Source: Verrucomicrobiota bacterium
GTDB taxonomy: Bacteria; Verrucomicrobiota; Verrucomicrobiia; Verrucomicrobiales; V1-33
DNA: 64,000 nt
NCBI GenBank assembly: GCA_040387795.1
Contig: JAZKDC010000017.1
Location: 486,157 to 550,156, forward strand
Reading direction: 5' to 3'
How positions within the stretch are numbered: the first letter of the stretch is position 1; every line of letters begins with the position of its first letter. This document shows positions 18,424-27,063 of this stretch, one piece after another. The notes under the pieces were generated by a model. The model saw only the letters and a program-made list of their open reading frames with translations, searched no databases and was not told the DNA's origin. Both the position numbers and the translations under genes were made by a program.

Positions 18424-19548
18424 ATGAAGTTCCGTATCAGCAAAGAGAAGTTTCTGGAGGGCCTGCAGCAGGTCCAGAATGTGGTCAGCAGCCGTGCCAC
18501 TCTCCCCATCCTTTCCAATGTGCTGATCGAGGCCGACCGGCAGGAACTTCGTTTCACCACCACCGACCTCGATATCGTCGTCAGTGGCCGCATCTCCAGC
18601 ACCGGCGACGACGACATCGGGCTCCAGATTCTGGAGCCTGGAGCCATCACCCTCCCCGTCCGCCGCTTGGCCAGCATCGTGCGCGAGCTGCCCGCCAGCG
18701 AAGTGGAAGTCACCGTTTCCGACGAAAACACCGCTGCCATCAAGTGCGGCAACAGCTTCTTCAAAATCCTCGGCCTGCCGCCGGATGACTTCCCGCCGCC
18801 CCCGCGCTTCGAGGACGTCAAGGAATACAAGATCACGCAGAAAACCATGCGCGATGCCTTGAAGAAAACCGCCTACGCCATCTCCACCGATGAGACCCGC
18901 TATGTCCTGAACGGCATCTACTGCCAATTCAAGGAAGGCAAAATGACCCTCGTGGCGACCGATGGCCGCCGCCTCGCCATGACCGATGTCGACGTGGAAT
19001 TCCCCGAGAGCCACGAAGTTTCCGTGATCGTCCCCACCAAAGCCGTCAATGAATTGCAGCGCCTGCTCAAGGATGACGGCGGTGAACTCCGCATCCGCAT
19101 CGGAGCCCGCCAGATCGCTTTTGAGCTGAATCAGAATCTCCTCGTCAGCAAACTCATCGAAGGCAACTACCCGAACTTCCGCCAGGTCATCCCCGGCGCC
19201 GCCAAGGAGCGCGTCACCCTTGAGCGCGAAGCCTTCCTCGCCGCTGCGCAGCGCGTTTCCCTGCTCGCTCCTGACAAGTCGAACAGCGTCAAGCTCCACT
19301 TCAGCAAGGACAACATCGAGATCACCGCCAACAGCGCCGACATCGGTGAAGCCCGCGAATCCATTGCCGTCAAATACAGCGGCCCGGATATGGCCATCGC
19401 CTTCAACCCGGAATACCTCGTTGCCCCCTTCCGCAACCTGGATGCCGACGAAATCTACCTCGACCTCATCGACGAAGTCAGCCCCGGCGTCATCAAGATC
19501 AACACCCCGTTCCTCTACGTCCTGATGCCGATGCGCGTCAGCCAATAA
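18424..19548 (+). CDS. dnaN: DNA polymerase III beta subunit (sliding clamp)
   Basis: MKFRISKEKFLEGLQQVQNVVSSRATLPILSNVLIEA...LRFTTTDLDI...DETRYVLNGI...LVATDGRRLA...LIEGNYPNFRQVIP; 374 aa. Confidence 0.95.
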   Translation: MKFRISKEKFLEGLQQVQNVVSSRATLPILSNVLIEADRQELRFTTTDLDIVVSGRISSTGDDDIGLQILEPGAITLPVRRLASIVRELPASEVEVTVSDENTAAIKCGNSFFKILGLPPDDFPPPPRFEDVKEYKITQKTMRDALKKTAYAISTDETRYVLNGIYCQFKEGKMTLVATDGRRLAMTDVDVEFPESHEVSVIVPTKAVNELQRLLKDDGGELRIRIGARQIAFELNQNLLVSKLIEGNYPNFRQVIPGAAKERVTLEREAFLAAAQRVSLLAPDKSNSVKLHFSKDNIEITANSADIGEARESIAVKYSGPDMAIAFNPEYLVAPFRNLDADEIYLDLIDEVSPGVIKINTPFLYVLMPMRVSQ

Positions 19549-19588
19549 ATCCTAACTGTAGATAGGCCTTCCCGGCCTTTAGCAGAGA

Positions 19589-19620
19589 ACCGGCAAAATC
19601 GCCGGTTTAAAATGTTTGAG
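19589..19620 (+). terminator. Probable dnaN terminator
   Basis: AACCGGC(19589-95)-AAAATC-GCCGGTT(19602-08), followed by the T/A-rich TAAAATGTTT. Confidence 0.45.
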
Positions 19621-19969
19621 TAAACTAAAGTCGGCGATTTGGATTTTTGCTTTGGCGAACGTCGGGGTCGCTTTTGCGGGAATGTGCCTGAGTCTGTTTG
19701 TCGAAAATATTTTCAGCCGCACCTTCCACGGCAGTGACCGCATCCCGGAGCTTACCCATTTTTATTTCAGATATCGGGTTTTGACTTTCGTGGTCATGGC
19801 GATTTCCCTGCCTGCCGTTGCATCGTTCCTGACGTTTCGTCGAAACGTCTCCCCGGAAGCAGTTATACTTTTCGGAGCTGGCACGGTTCTGTTGGGTGCC
19901 CTGCAAATGTTATTGGCTGTGCTGGCGGTTGGGCGACCTTTGTATATTCTTTCGATTACACCTTTCTGA
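19616..19969 (+). CDS. Small polytopic membrane protein, unknown function
   Basis: 117-aa ORF (TTG start in the track; an ATG alternative lies 22 codons in). 3-4 hydrophobic helices. Visibly lower GC than its neighbours. No recognised family. Confidence 0.5.
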   Translation: MSKLKSAIWIFALANVGVAFAGMCLSLFVENIFSRTFHGSDRIPELTHFYFRYRVLTFVVMAISLPAVASFLTFRRNVSPEAVILFGAGTVLLGALQMLLAVLAVGRPLYILSITPF

Positions 19970-20037
19970 GGTCAGAGTTTTCTCTTAATCCGCCCTCCGC
20001 GAAGCACCAGTTCCTCGAACTGGCATTTCTGTGAAGT

Positions 20038-20433
20038 TTACCCGGCCAATGCCCTCAGCTTCGCCGTGACCTCATCCCGGCTGAGCGCGCCCGCGGCGAC
20101 GGAGAGGGTGAGATTTTCCCACGCATCCACATCCAGGATCTCCTCCTTCAGCAGATTGTTTTCACTGAGGAAGACCAGACAGGTGGCGAGGGCCACGCGT
20201 TTATTCCCATCCACAAAGGCGTGGTTGCTGCACAGGTAAAAAAGATAAGCCGCGGCAATTTCGATAGGCTCGGTGATCATCGGGATGCCCATCATGGTGG
20301 CCTGCGGAGCTGCGACGGCCGATTCCAAAAGCTCGCGGGACCGCAGACCGGCACCGCCTCCATGCGCCAGCAGCACTTCGGCATGGATTGCCAGCACCGC
20401 GTCGACCGTGGGATGTTTCACAATGGCACTCAA
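20038..20433 (-). CDS. doc: Doc (death-on-curing) Fic-fold toxin
   Basis: Intact Fic motif HAFVDGNKRVA. 131 aa. TTG start overlaps the antitoxin stop by 4 nt. Confidence 0.85.
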   Translation of the reverse strand: MSAIVKHPTVDAVLAIHAEVLLAHGGGAGLRSRELLESAVAAPQATMMGIPMITEPIEIAAAYLFYLCSNHAFVDGNKRVALATCLVFLSENNLLKEEILDVDAWENLTLSVAAGALSRDEVTAKLRALAG

Positions 20434-20660
20434 GACAGGCGGCGGAAGAGTTCGCTATTCTTTTGAATGAGCCGCTTTGCCGTTTCGGCGGCCTGTTCTG
20501 CCGAAATCACCGCCGGTTCCATCGCGGCAATCGTAATCGTCCCGCCCGCGTGGACTTCCACGTTCACCTCGTCCCCGACCTTGAGCCGGGCGAGCTGAAG
20601 CAGGGCGGAATCGAAGATGATCCCTTGGGAATTCCCGATTTTGGTGATGGTTTTGATCAT
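20430..20660 (-). CDS. AbrB/MazE/SpoVT-type antitoxin
   Basis: MIKTITKIGNSQGIIFDSALLQLARLKVGDEVNVEV = swapped-hairpin AbrB-like DNA-binding fold pattern. Lies upstream of, and overlapping, doc. Confidence 0.8.
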   Translation of the reverse strand: MIKTITKIGNSQGIIFDSALLQLARLKVGDEVNVEVHAGGTITIAAMEPAVISAEQAAETAKRLIQKNSELFRRLS

Positions 20661-20666
20661 GGTTAA

Positions 20667-20695
20667 ACTATGTTTTACGTCAATAAGGTTGTCAA
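20667..20695 (-). promoter_or_regulatory. Candidate sigma-70-type promoter of the toxin-antitoxin operon
   Basis: On the minus strand: TTGACA (20695-20690), a 17-nt spacer, CATAGT (20672-20667), ending 7 nt before the antitoxin ATG. A second TTGACG lies 12 nt downstream of the first. Prediction only. Confidence 0.35.
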
Positions 20696-20751
20696 GACTG
20701 CCGGACGCGATTGCAAATCCCGCGCTTTCCTGTCCAGATGACGCCCCGAAA

Positions 20752-22308
20752 ATGAAAGCAGTCTCCCTTTACGACACCACCTTGCGCGATGGCACGCAGG
20801 GCACCGGCATCAGTTTTACCGTCGCCGACAAACTCCGCGTGGCGGAAAAACTCGATAGTTTCGGAATCGATTACATTGAGGGCGGCTGGCCGGGTTCCAA
20901 TCCCCGGGACGTGGAATTTTTCGCCGAAGCCGCTAAACGTTCGTGGAAACACGCCAAACTCTGCGCCTTCGGCATGACCCGGCGGGGGAACAGCAAAGTC
21001 GAAGACGACGCCCAGGTGCAGTTGCTTCTCGACGCCAACACCCCGGTCATCACCATCGTGGGCAAGACCTGGCCGCTCCATGTCACGGAAGTTTTCCGCG
21101 TCAGCCTGGAGGAAAATCTGGCCATGATTGCCGACACCGTGCGCTTCCTGAAGGCCCACGGGCGCGAAGTCTTTTACGATGCCGAGCACTTCTTCGACAG
21201 TTACAAGGAAGACCCTGACTACTCCCTTGCCACCATCAAAACCGCCCGGGACGCCGGCGCCGACCTCATCGTTCTCTGCGAAACCAACGGCGGGGCCCTG
21301 CCGGACTTTATTGCCGAGGTCACTGCCGCTGCGGTGGCGCATCTCGGCTGCGGGGTTGGCATCCACACCCACAACGACGGCGGCACCGGAGTGGCCAATG
21401 CTCTTGCAGCGATCCACGCCGGAGCCATCCAGGTGCAGGGCACCATCAATGGTTATGGCGAACGGGTGGGAAACTGCAACCTCACCACCATCATCCCCAC
21501 CCTCCAGCTCAAGATGGGGATCGAAGTCGTGCCGGACCTCACCCGCCTCAGCGAAATCTCCCATTTCATCGATGAACTGGCCAACGTGACCCCGGACCTG
21601 CGCGCCCCTTACGTGGGCCGTGCCGCTTTCACCCACAAAGGCGGACTCCATGTGCACGCGGTGCAAAAACTGGCCCGCACCTACGAACACGTCAGTCCTG
21701 CCCTCGTCGGCAACCAGCAGGTCATCGTGCTCAGCGACATGTCAGGCCAGAGCAACATCCTGATGAAAGCCGCAGGCATGGGTCTCACCATCGAAAAGGG
21801 CGGGCCGGTGGTCCGCGATTTGTTGGAGCAGCTCAAGACGCTCGAAAAGGAGGGCTATGAATTTGAAGCTGCGGACGCCTCTTTTGAACTCCTGATCCGG
21901 CGCACCCTCGGACAAACCACCCCGCTGTTTGATCACGTGGAATTCGAGTGCGTCTTCCGCCGGGATACCTTGCGCGGTTACGAAAACTGCCTCGCCACGG
22001 TCAAGCTCCACACCGGCGGAGCGACCATCCTGACGGTCGCTGAAGGCGATGGTCCTGTGAATGCCCTCGACGGCGCGCTGCGCAAAGCGCTGGTCGCCCG
22101 CTATCCGGAAATCGCCCAGGTGCAGCTCACCGATTACAAGGTCCGCATCATCGACGGGCACAGCGGCACGGCGGCCCGCACCCGCGTTCTGATTGATTCC
22201 ACCGACGGGACCCGCGACTGGTCCACCGTCGGTGTCTCCGGCAACATCATCGACGCCTCCTGGCGTGCCCTGGTGGACAGCATTGAGTATTTCCTGATGA
22301 AGCGCTAG
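20752..22308 (+). CDS. cimA: Citramalate synthase (LeuA/CimA family)
   Basis: VSLYDTTLRDGTQGTGISFTVADKLRVAEKLDSFGIDYIEGGWPGSNPRD, HTHNDGGTGVANALAA, C-terminal LeuA-dimer-like region. Start moved to the ATG at 20752. Confidence 0.85.
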   Translation: MKAVSLYDTTLRDGTQGTGISFTVADKLRVAEKLDSFGIDYIEGGWPGSNPRDVEFFAEAAKRSWKHAKLCAFGMTRRGNSKVEDDAQVQLLLDANTPVITIVGKTWPLHVTEVFRVSLEENLAMIADTVRFLKAHGREVFYDAEHFFDSYKEDPDYSLATIKTARDAGADLIVLCETNGGALPDFIAEVTAAAVAHLGCGVGIHTHNDGGTGVANALAAIHAGAIQVQGTINGYGERVGNCNLTTIIPTLQLKMGIEVVPDLTRLSEISHFIDELANVTPDLRAPYVGRAAFTHKGGLHVHAVQKLARTYEHVSPALVGNQQVIVLSDMSGQSNILMKAAGMGLTIEKGGPVVRDLLEQLKTLEKEGYEFEAADASFELLIRRTLGQTTPLFDHVEFECVFRRDTLRGYENCLATVKLHTGGATILTVAEGDGPVNALDGALRKALVARYPEIAQVQLTDYKVRIIDGHSGTAARTRVLIDSTDGTRDWSTVGVSGNIIDASWRALVDSIEYFLMKR

Positions 22309-22316
22309 CGGTTTCA

Positions 22317-22419
22317 GGGGTGGACGAGGCTCCTGCCGAGTCAGCAGAGCAGGAGTTTTTCCCAGACATTGGAGACACAACCATCCAGCGGGGAACTCGG
22401 CAGGAGCCTCGTCCACCCC
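22317..22419. repeat. 103-bp element with perfect 25-bp terminal inverted repeats
   Basis: GGGGTGGACGAGGCTCCTGCCGAGT (22317-41) is the exact reverse complement of ACTCGGCAGGAGCCTCGTCCACCCC (22395-419), with a 53-nt spacer. It sits between convergent genes. Confidence 0.85.
22330..22360 (+). terminator. Probable cimA intrinsic terminator (embedded in the larger inverted repeat)
   Basis: CTCCTGC(22330-36)-12 nt-GCAGGAG(22349-55), followed by TTTTT (22356-60). Confidence 0.55.
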
Positions 22420-22426
22420 GGTCAGA

Positions 22427-24208
22427 TCAGATTTTATCCGTTCCTTCGGTGGAGTTGGCAGAGCCGAGCGCGTTGCTGATGTCCACCGGACTGGGGCTAT
22501 TGATGCCGAGTTGCTTCAGGAGGTCGTCGACGACGGGAAGTTGAATGCGGTGACGGAGCAGGGCATTGACCAATTGATCAGGCACGTTGCCGCCGTTCCC
22601 ACCGCCTCCATTGGAACCACCGCCGTCGCCATTGCCACTGCCGCCGATGAGCTGGCCGTTGGTGCTGAGCACGCGGACGCTTTCGATGTTTTCGAGGGGT
22701 TTCATGCTGGCTGTGATCAATTCGGGAGCGACCTTGGCGAGGATGGATTTCATCTCAAAAGCCATCACCGCTTCGCCAAGCAGATTCTTGGCCTCATTGA
22801 GGGAACGCATCCCGTAGGCTTCGGCCTCGTAGCGCTTTTGATCGGCCTCGGCGCGGATGATGATGGATTCGGCTTCGGCGCGGGCTCCGGTGAGCCTGGC
22901 CTCGGCCAGGTCCTCGGCCGCTTTCTTTTCGGCCTCGGCGGCCACGGTGACGCGGGTGGCATCCCGTTCGGCGTCCTGACGGGCGGAGATCACTTCCACT
23001 TCGCGGGTGCGGTTCGCTTCGGCGATCATCCGCACCGTGGTGACATTTTCCTCCTCCCTCACCTTTTCCGCGAGGGCCTTGGAAGCTTCGGCTTCTGCCT
23101 TGGATTTGGCCTCGCTCTTCTGGGCAATATTGATGGCGGCTTCCTGCTGGGAAATCTCCACCGCCTGCTTGCGGGCAATGTCGGCGGTTTCCAATTGGCG
23201 CGTTTTCTCGAGGTTCGACTGTTCGATTTCCCGCTCCTTGTTGATGTTCTGCAGCGCGATTTGTTTGGCTGCCATGATTTCGGATTCCTGGGCCTCGCGG
23301 TGCCGCATGGCCTGCTCGGTCTTGATCAGCGCTTCCTGCTCGGCTTTGCGCATGGAGACCTCCCGTTCCTGACTGAGCCGGGCAAATTCGCCTTCCTGAC
23401 GGATCGTCAGGGACTGTTGTTCCGCTTCGAGGTTTTTGGCCTCGATGCGGATGCGCGTTTCCTGTTCGATCTTGTTGCGCTCCTCCCGTTTGGCCTCAGT
23501 GATCCGGGCGATATTGGCCAGGCCCTGGGCATCGAACGAGTTGGTGGCATTGAAGTATTCCACGCTGGTCTGGTCCAATCCTGTGAGGGAGACGGATTCC
23601 AGTTCCAGTCCGTTTTTGGCCAAGTCTTCCGCCACGGTGGTCTGCACACTTTGGACAAAATCGGCACGTTTTTCGTGCAGGGTCTGCATGTCCATGCCGG
23701 CGGCCACGGCGCGCAGGGCGTCGACGAATTTGCCCTGCAGGATCTCGCGCAATTCCTCGGGATGCAGGGTCTTGCTGCCGAAACTCTGGGCAGCCTGGGC
23801 GATCGCTTCCGTGTCCTTTTTCACGCGGACAAAGAACTCGGCTTTCACATCGGCGCGGATGCGGTCGAGGGTGATGAGCGCCTCATTGTTGGCCCTCTCC
23901 ACCTGGAGGCGCAGGGTCATCATGTTGACCGGAGTGATCTGCTGGAAAATGGGCAGCACGATGGCGCCCCCGTCCGCGATGACTTTTTGCCCGCCGAGGC
24001 CGGTCCTGACGAAAGCACTTTCCTTGCTGGCTCTGACATAGAATCGGGACAGGATGCTGAGGAAAACCACCAGGATGGCGACGCCGGCGATGGCGGAAAG
24101 CACACCGGTGTTGGTGAGCAGATCCATCACGCCTCCTTGGACGGGGCCTCGGAGTTCAGCTTGGGCGAGGAGGGAGGGCATAGTCTGCAGGGTAGGGAGT
24201 TCAGTCAT
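22427..24208 (-). CDS. Flotillin-like SPFH/band-7 protein (YqiK type)
   Basis: N-terminal TM segment, SPFH domain (FYVRASKESAFVRTGLGGQKV...), long Glu/Ala/Lys coiled coil, Gly/Asn-rich tail. Start set at the ATG at 24208, just after the upstream gene. Confidence 0.85.
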   Translation of the reverse strand: MTELPTLQTMPSLLAQAELRGPVQGGVMDLLTNTGVLSAIAGVAILVVFLSILSRFYVRASKESAFVRTGLGGQKVIADGGAIVLPIFQQITPVNMMTLRLQVERANNEALITLDRIRADVKAEFFVRVKKDTEAIAQAAQSFGSKTLHPEELREILQGKFVDALRAVAAGMDMQTLHEKRADFVQSVQTTVAEDLAKNGLELESVSLTGLDQTSVEYFNATNSFDAQGLANIARITEAKREERNKIEQETRIRIEAKNLEAEQQSLTIRQEGEFARLSQEREVSMRKAEQEALIKTEQAMRHREAQESEIMAAKQIALQNINKEREIEQSNLEKTRQLETADIARKQAVEISQQEAAINIAQKSEAKSKAEAEASKALAEKVREEENVTTVRMIAEANRTREVEVISARQDAERDATRVTVAAEAEKKAAEDLAEARLTGARAEAESIIIRAEADQKRYEAEAYGMRSLNEAKNLLGEAVMAFEMKSILAKVAPELITASMKPLENIESVRVLSTNGQLIGGSGNGDGGGSNGGGGNGGNVPDQLVNALLRHRIQLPVVDDLLKQLGINSPSPVDISNALGSANSTEGTDKI

Positions 24209-24236
24209 GGCAGGATGGTCAGGTGGCAGGTAAATA

Positions 24237-24914
24237 CTACGAATAAAGCGAAGGGGAGAGGTCAGGGTTGTGGTTGGGGGTGCCCCGGTAATGGCCGGTG
24301 GATTCATCACGGCTTTGCAGCAGGAGTTCACCGCCCTGGGGCACGCTGCCGCCGGTGACAAAAGCCATGACGTAGTGGCTCCGCCCGTCAGGTCCGGTGA
24401 CCTTGACTTCCGCGGCGCGGTCGGCGGTGGCGGTGCCGATGGTGACCACTCCGACGCGCCCGATCAACAGGGCCGGGGAGAAGGCGCTGGTTTCATCCTG
24501 GGGGAGGAGGCGGGCGAGCAGACGGTTGGCAAATTTGAGCGCCGGCAGAGCGGCGAAGAAAGCCACCACGGCTGCTACCACGGGAAGAAGAGGCCCGGGG
24601 CCGATCAAAACAAGGAATTGCTGGAGCAGCATGCCGGTGATGCTGAAGGCGGCGAGGAAGGCGCACAGCGAGACCAGCACCGGGACTTTGCCGATTTCCA
24701 GCCACGAGAGCAATGGGCTGGCCACTCCGGTTTCTGCTTCGGCCGAAGTGTCAGGAGCAGAGTCCGCCCCATCCGGCAGACCGAGCAGGTCACTCAGGAA
24801 GTCGGAAATGCCCAGACCCAGGATCAGGCTGATGCCCTCAATCAGGGCGAAGCACAGCAGCAGGACGAAGGCCGCTGCAAAGACGGAATTGTGAGGAGCC
24901 AGCAGCCAGGACAT
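24237..24914 (-). CDS. NfeD/YqiJ-like membrane protein (flotillin partner)
   Basis: Multi-pass N-terminal half and a C-terminal OB-like soluble domain (GRVGVVTIGTATADRAAEVKVTGPDGRSHYVMAF). Immediately upstream of the flotillin gene. Confidence 0.7.
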   Translation of the reverse strand: MSWLLAPHNSVFAAAFVLLLCFALIEGISLILGLGISDFLSDLLGLPDGADSAPDTSAEAETGVASPLLSWLEIGKVPVLVSLCAFLAAFSITGMLLQQFLVLIGPGPLLPVVAAVVAFFAALPALKFANRLLARLLPQDETSAFSPALLIGRVGVVTIGTATADRAAEVKVTGPDGRSHYVMAFVTGGSVPQGGELLLQSRDESTGHYRGTPNHNPDLSPSLYS

Positions 24915-25019
24915 GATAAGGAAGACGCGTCATTATCCTTGGGTTCGGCCAGCATGCGAGTACAATTGCATCATGGTATTGGAAGACCCGGTCCGGGTTC
25001 CGGGGAATCGTTATTTTTA

Positions 25020-25739
25020 ATGGATAAAAAAGAGTTGCAGATTTCCCGCGCAGCTGCACTTTGTGCCGCAAAGCTCAACCTGCCACCTATGATGCCCGCC
25101 GACCGCGAAGCTGCTGACCACCTCAAGACCATCCGGGCCCTGATGGAGCGTGCCACCATTTACCGGGCGATTTCCGCTCCGACGGCTTTGGCAGGAGGAT
25201 TGTCGACCCTCGCGCTCTGCGGCCTGCTCTGGCAGGCGGAGCCGGGCACGCGGCCCTCTCCGGAATCCTTTGTAGGGTTGTGGGTCGGGGCGCTGGTCCT
25301 CGTGAGCGTGTTTAATTTGTGGTTGCTCTACCGCAGCGCCCGCCAGCGGGGCGATGCCTTTGCGAGTGCCGGGATGCGCATGGCGCTGCGGTCGGTTTCT
25401 CCTCCTCTGGCGGCCGGGTTTGTTCTCAGTACGCTGGCCGCGGTCACCCGCTCCAATGGGTATGCCGACATTGTGGCCTTCTGGATTTTGTTTTATGGCC
25501 TGGCGCTGCTGGCCATGGGATCATTCGCCCCCCGGTCCCTCCTGATGCTCGGCACCGGGTTTTTCGCGATGGGACTGCTGGCCTTTCTGCCAGAAGTGAG
25601 GGCCTTGGAGGGACGCTCCTATCAGGCTTCGTTGCTCTACATGGCCCTGTCCTTTGGAATCCTGCATCTCCTGTATGCCGGCTACGTGTTTGTCTCTCAG
25701 AAAAACCGGACGCCATCCGTCATGGAAGACCTGGCATGA
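25020..25739 (+). CDS. Polytopic membrane protein, unknown function
   Basis: Real coding part of ORF 24270..25739, which begins at the ATG at 25020 (MDKKELQ...). About 5-6 TM helices. Its stop overlaps the next gene's start (ATGA). Confidence 0.6.
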   Translation: MDKKELQISRAAALCAAKLNLPPMMPADREAADHLKTIRALMERATIYRAISAPTALAGGLSTLALCGLLWQAEPGTRPSPESFVGLWVGALVLVSVFNLWLLYRSARQRGDAFASAGMRMALRSVSPPLAAGFVLSTLAAVTRSNGYADIVAFWILFYGLALLAMGSFAPRSLLMLGTGFFAMGLLAFLPEVRALEGRSYQASLLYMALSFGILHLLYAGYVFVSQKNRTPSVMEDLA

Positions 25740-26038
25740 TTGATTTCTCACAGCTGGATAAAATCATCCACGAAAAGGGACGTCTGGCCATCATGACGCT
25801 CCTCGCTGCCCGTGCCGACTGGTCTTTCCAGGATCTCAAAGCCGAACTCAAAATGAGCGACGGCAACCTCATCACCCACCTGCGGTCCCTTTTCAAAGCC
25901 GGCTACACCACCGAAACCAAGGAAATGCTGGGCCGCCCCCAGACCCGCTACGCCCTCAGCCCAGCCGGGCGCACCGCGTTTACCGCCTATCTGAATGTTT
26001 TGGAATCCATCGTCCGCTCGGCCCGCCCCGGAGGCTGA
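25736..26038 (+). CDS. Winged-helix transcriptional regulator (HTH_34-like)
   Basis: LDKIIHEKGRLAIMTLLAARADWSFQDLKAELKMSDGNLITHLRSLFKAGYTTE...RYALSPAGRTAFTAYLNVLESIV; 100 aa. Confidence 0.75.
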   Translation: MIDFSQLDKIIHEKGRLAIMTLLAARADWSFQDLKAELKMSDGNLITHLRSLFKAGYTTETKEMLGRPQTRYALSPAGRTAFTAYLNVLESIVRSARPGG

Positions 26039-26118
26039 CCCCCCCCTTTTGAACTGTTACTTTGCGACACAAAGTAAAGTCTCCCACACGTCCCCATAAC
26101 CATAACCTGAACATCCCC

Positions 26119-27030
26119 ATGACTATTACTCTCGCAACCCACCAAGGCATGTGTTTCGGCGTCCGTGACGCCTTGCGCAAAACCCACGACTCCGCTGCTT
26201 CCGGACCCGTCACGGTGCTGGGAGAACTGGTTCACAATCCCGTGGTCCAACTACATCTGGCAACGCTCGGCGTGCAGCGGGCGCATTTGGAGACTGTCGG
26301 CAGCAGCGAAACCTCCCGTGTTATCATCACGGCCCATGGGGCGTCCGACCGGCATCGCGAGGCCTGGCGCGAGGCTGGTTATGCGGTGACGGACACCACC
26401 TGCCCGTTGGTGAAAAAAGCCCACGCGGCGCTGGCCCTCCTCGTCGCCCAAGGCGGCCAGCCCATCGTGATCGGTCAGGCAGGACATGTTGAGGTCCGTG
26501 GTTTATGCGGGGATTTTCCCACGGCTCAGGTCGTGCAGGACGAGGCCGAGGTGGATCGACTAGCTTTCGCTCCGAAGTTTGGGGTCGTGGCCCAAACCAC
26601 CCAGCCCATCGCCAAAGTGCGGGCTCTGGTGGCGCGTCTCCAACAGCGTCATCCCGAGGCCACGATCCTTTTCAAGGACACGGTCTGCCAGCCCACCAAA
26701 GACCGTCAGGCGGCGATGGAACGGCTGTGCCGGGAAAATGATCTGATTGTAGTGGTCGGTGGACGGAACAGCAACAACACCCGGCAACTCGCGGAAACGG
26801 CGCTTCAGGCTGGCGTCAGGGTCCGCCAGGTTGAGACCGCAGCCGATTTGCAGGCCGCCTGGTTTCAAGGAGTGGACCGGGTGGGGGTGACGGCAGGCAC
26901 ATCGACGCTGGATGAAACCGTGCAGGCCGTGGTGGCCCGTCTGAAGCAGATCGACGCGGCACAGCGGGCGTCCAGTCCGGTGGGACGGCTCGCCCCGATC
27001 ATCCAGCAGGCGGCCGCGGCCCTCTTCTGA
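26119..27030 (+). CDS. ispH: 4-hydroxy-3-methylbut-2-enyl diphosphate reductase
   Basis: Three Cys motifs in order: GMCFGVRDA, TCPLVKKAH, VCQPTKDRQ. VVGGRNSNNTRQL. Start at the ATG at 26119. Confidence 0.9.
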   Translation: MTITLATHQGMCFGVRDALRKTHDSAASGPVTVLGELVHNPVVQLHLATLGVQRAHLETVGSSETSRVIITAHGASDRHREAWREAGYAVTDTTCPLVKKAHAALALLVAQGGQPIVIGQAGHVEVRGLCGDFPTAQVVQDEAEVDRLAFAPKFGVVAQTTQPIAKVRALVARLQQRHPEATILFKDTVCQPTKDRQAAMERLCRENDLIVVVGGRNSNNTRQLAETALQAGVRVRQVETAADLQAAWFQGVDRVGVTAGTSTLDETVQAVVARLKQIDAAQRASSPVGRLAPIIQQAAAALF

Positions 27031-27063
27031 GCCACCAAAAATCAACCAACCAGGGACCAAAAC

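Noticed and set aside
22511-24358. 615-aa plus-strand ORF opposite the flotillin gene
   Set aside because: It is antisense to a clear SPFH/flotillin gene. Its sequence is repetitive Gly/Leu/Phe/Asp with no recognisable domain.
24270-25019. 5' extensions of track ORFs (24270-25019, 3583-3831, 29905-30219, 20617-20751, 58550-58747 and others)
   Set aside because: The extended N-termini overlap genes on the other strand or lack homology. Internal ATG codons give proper signal peptides or conserved N-termini, so the starts were moved.
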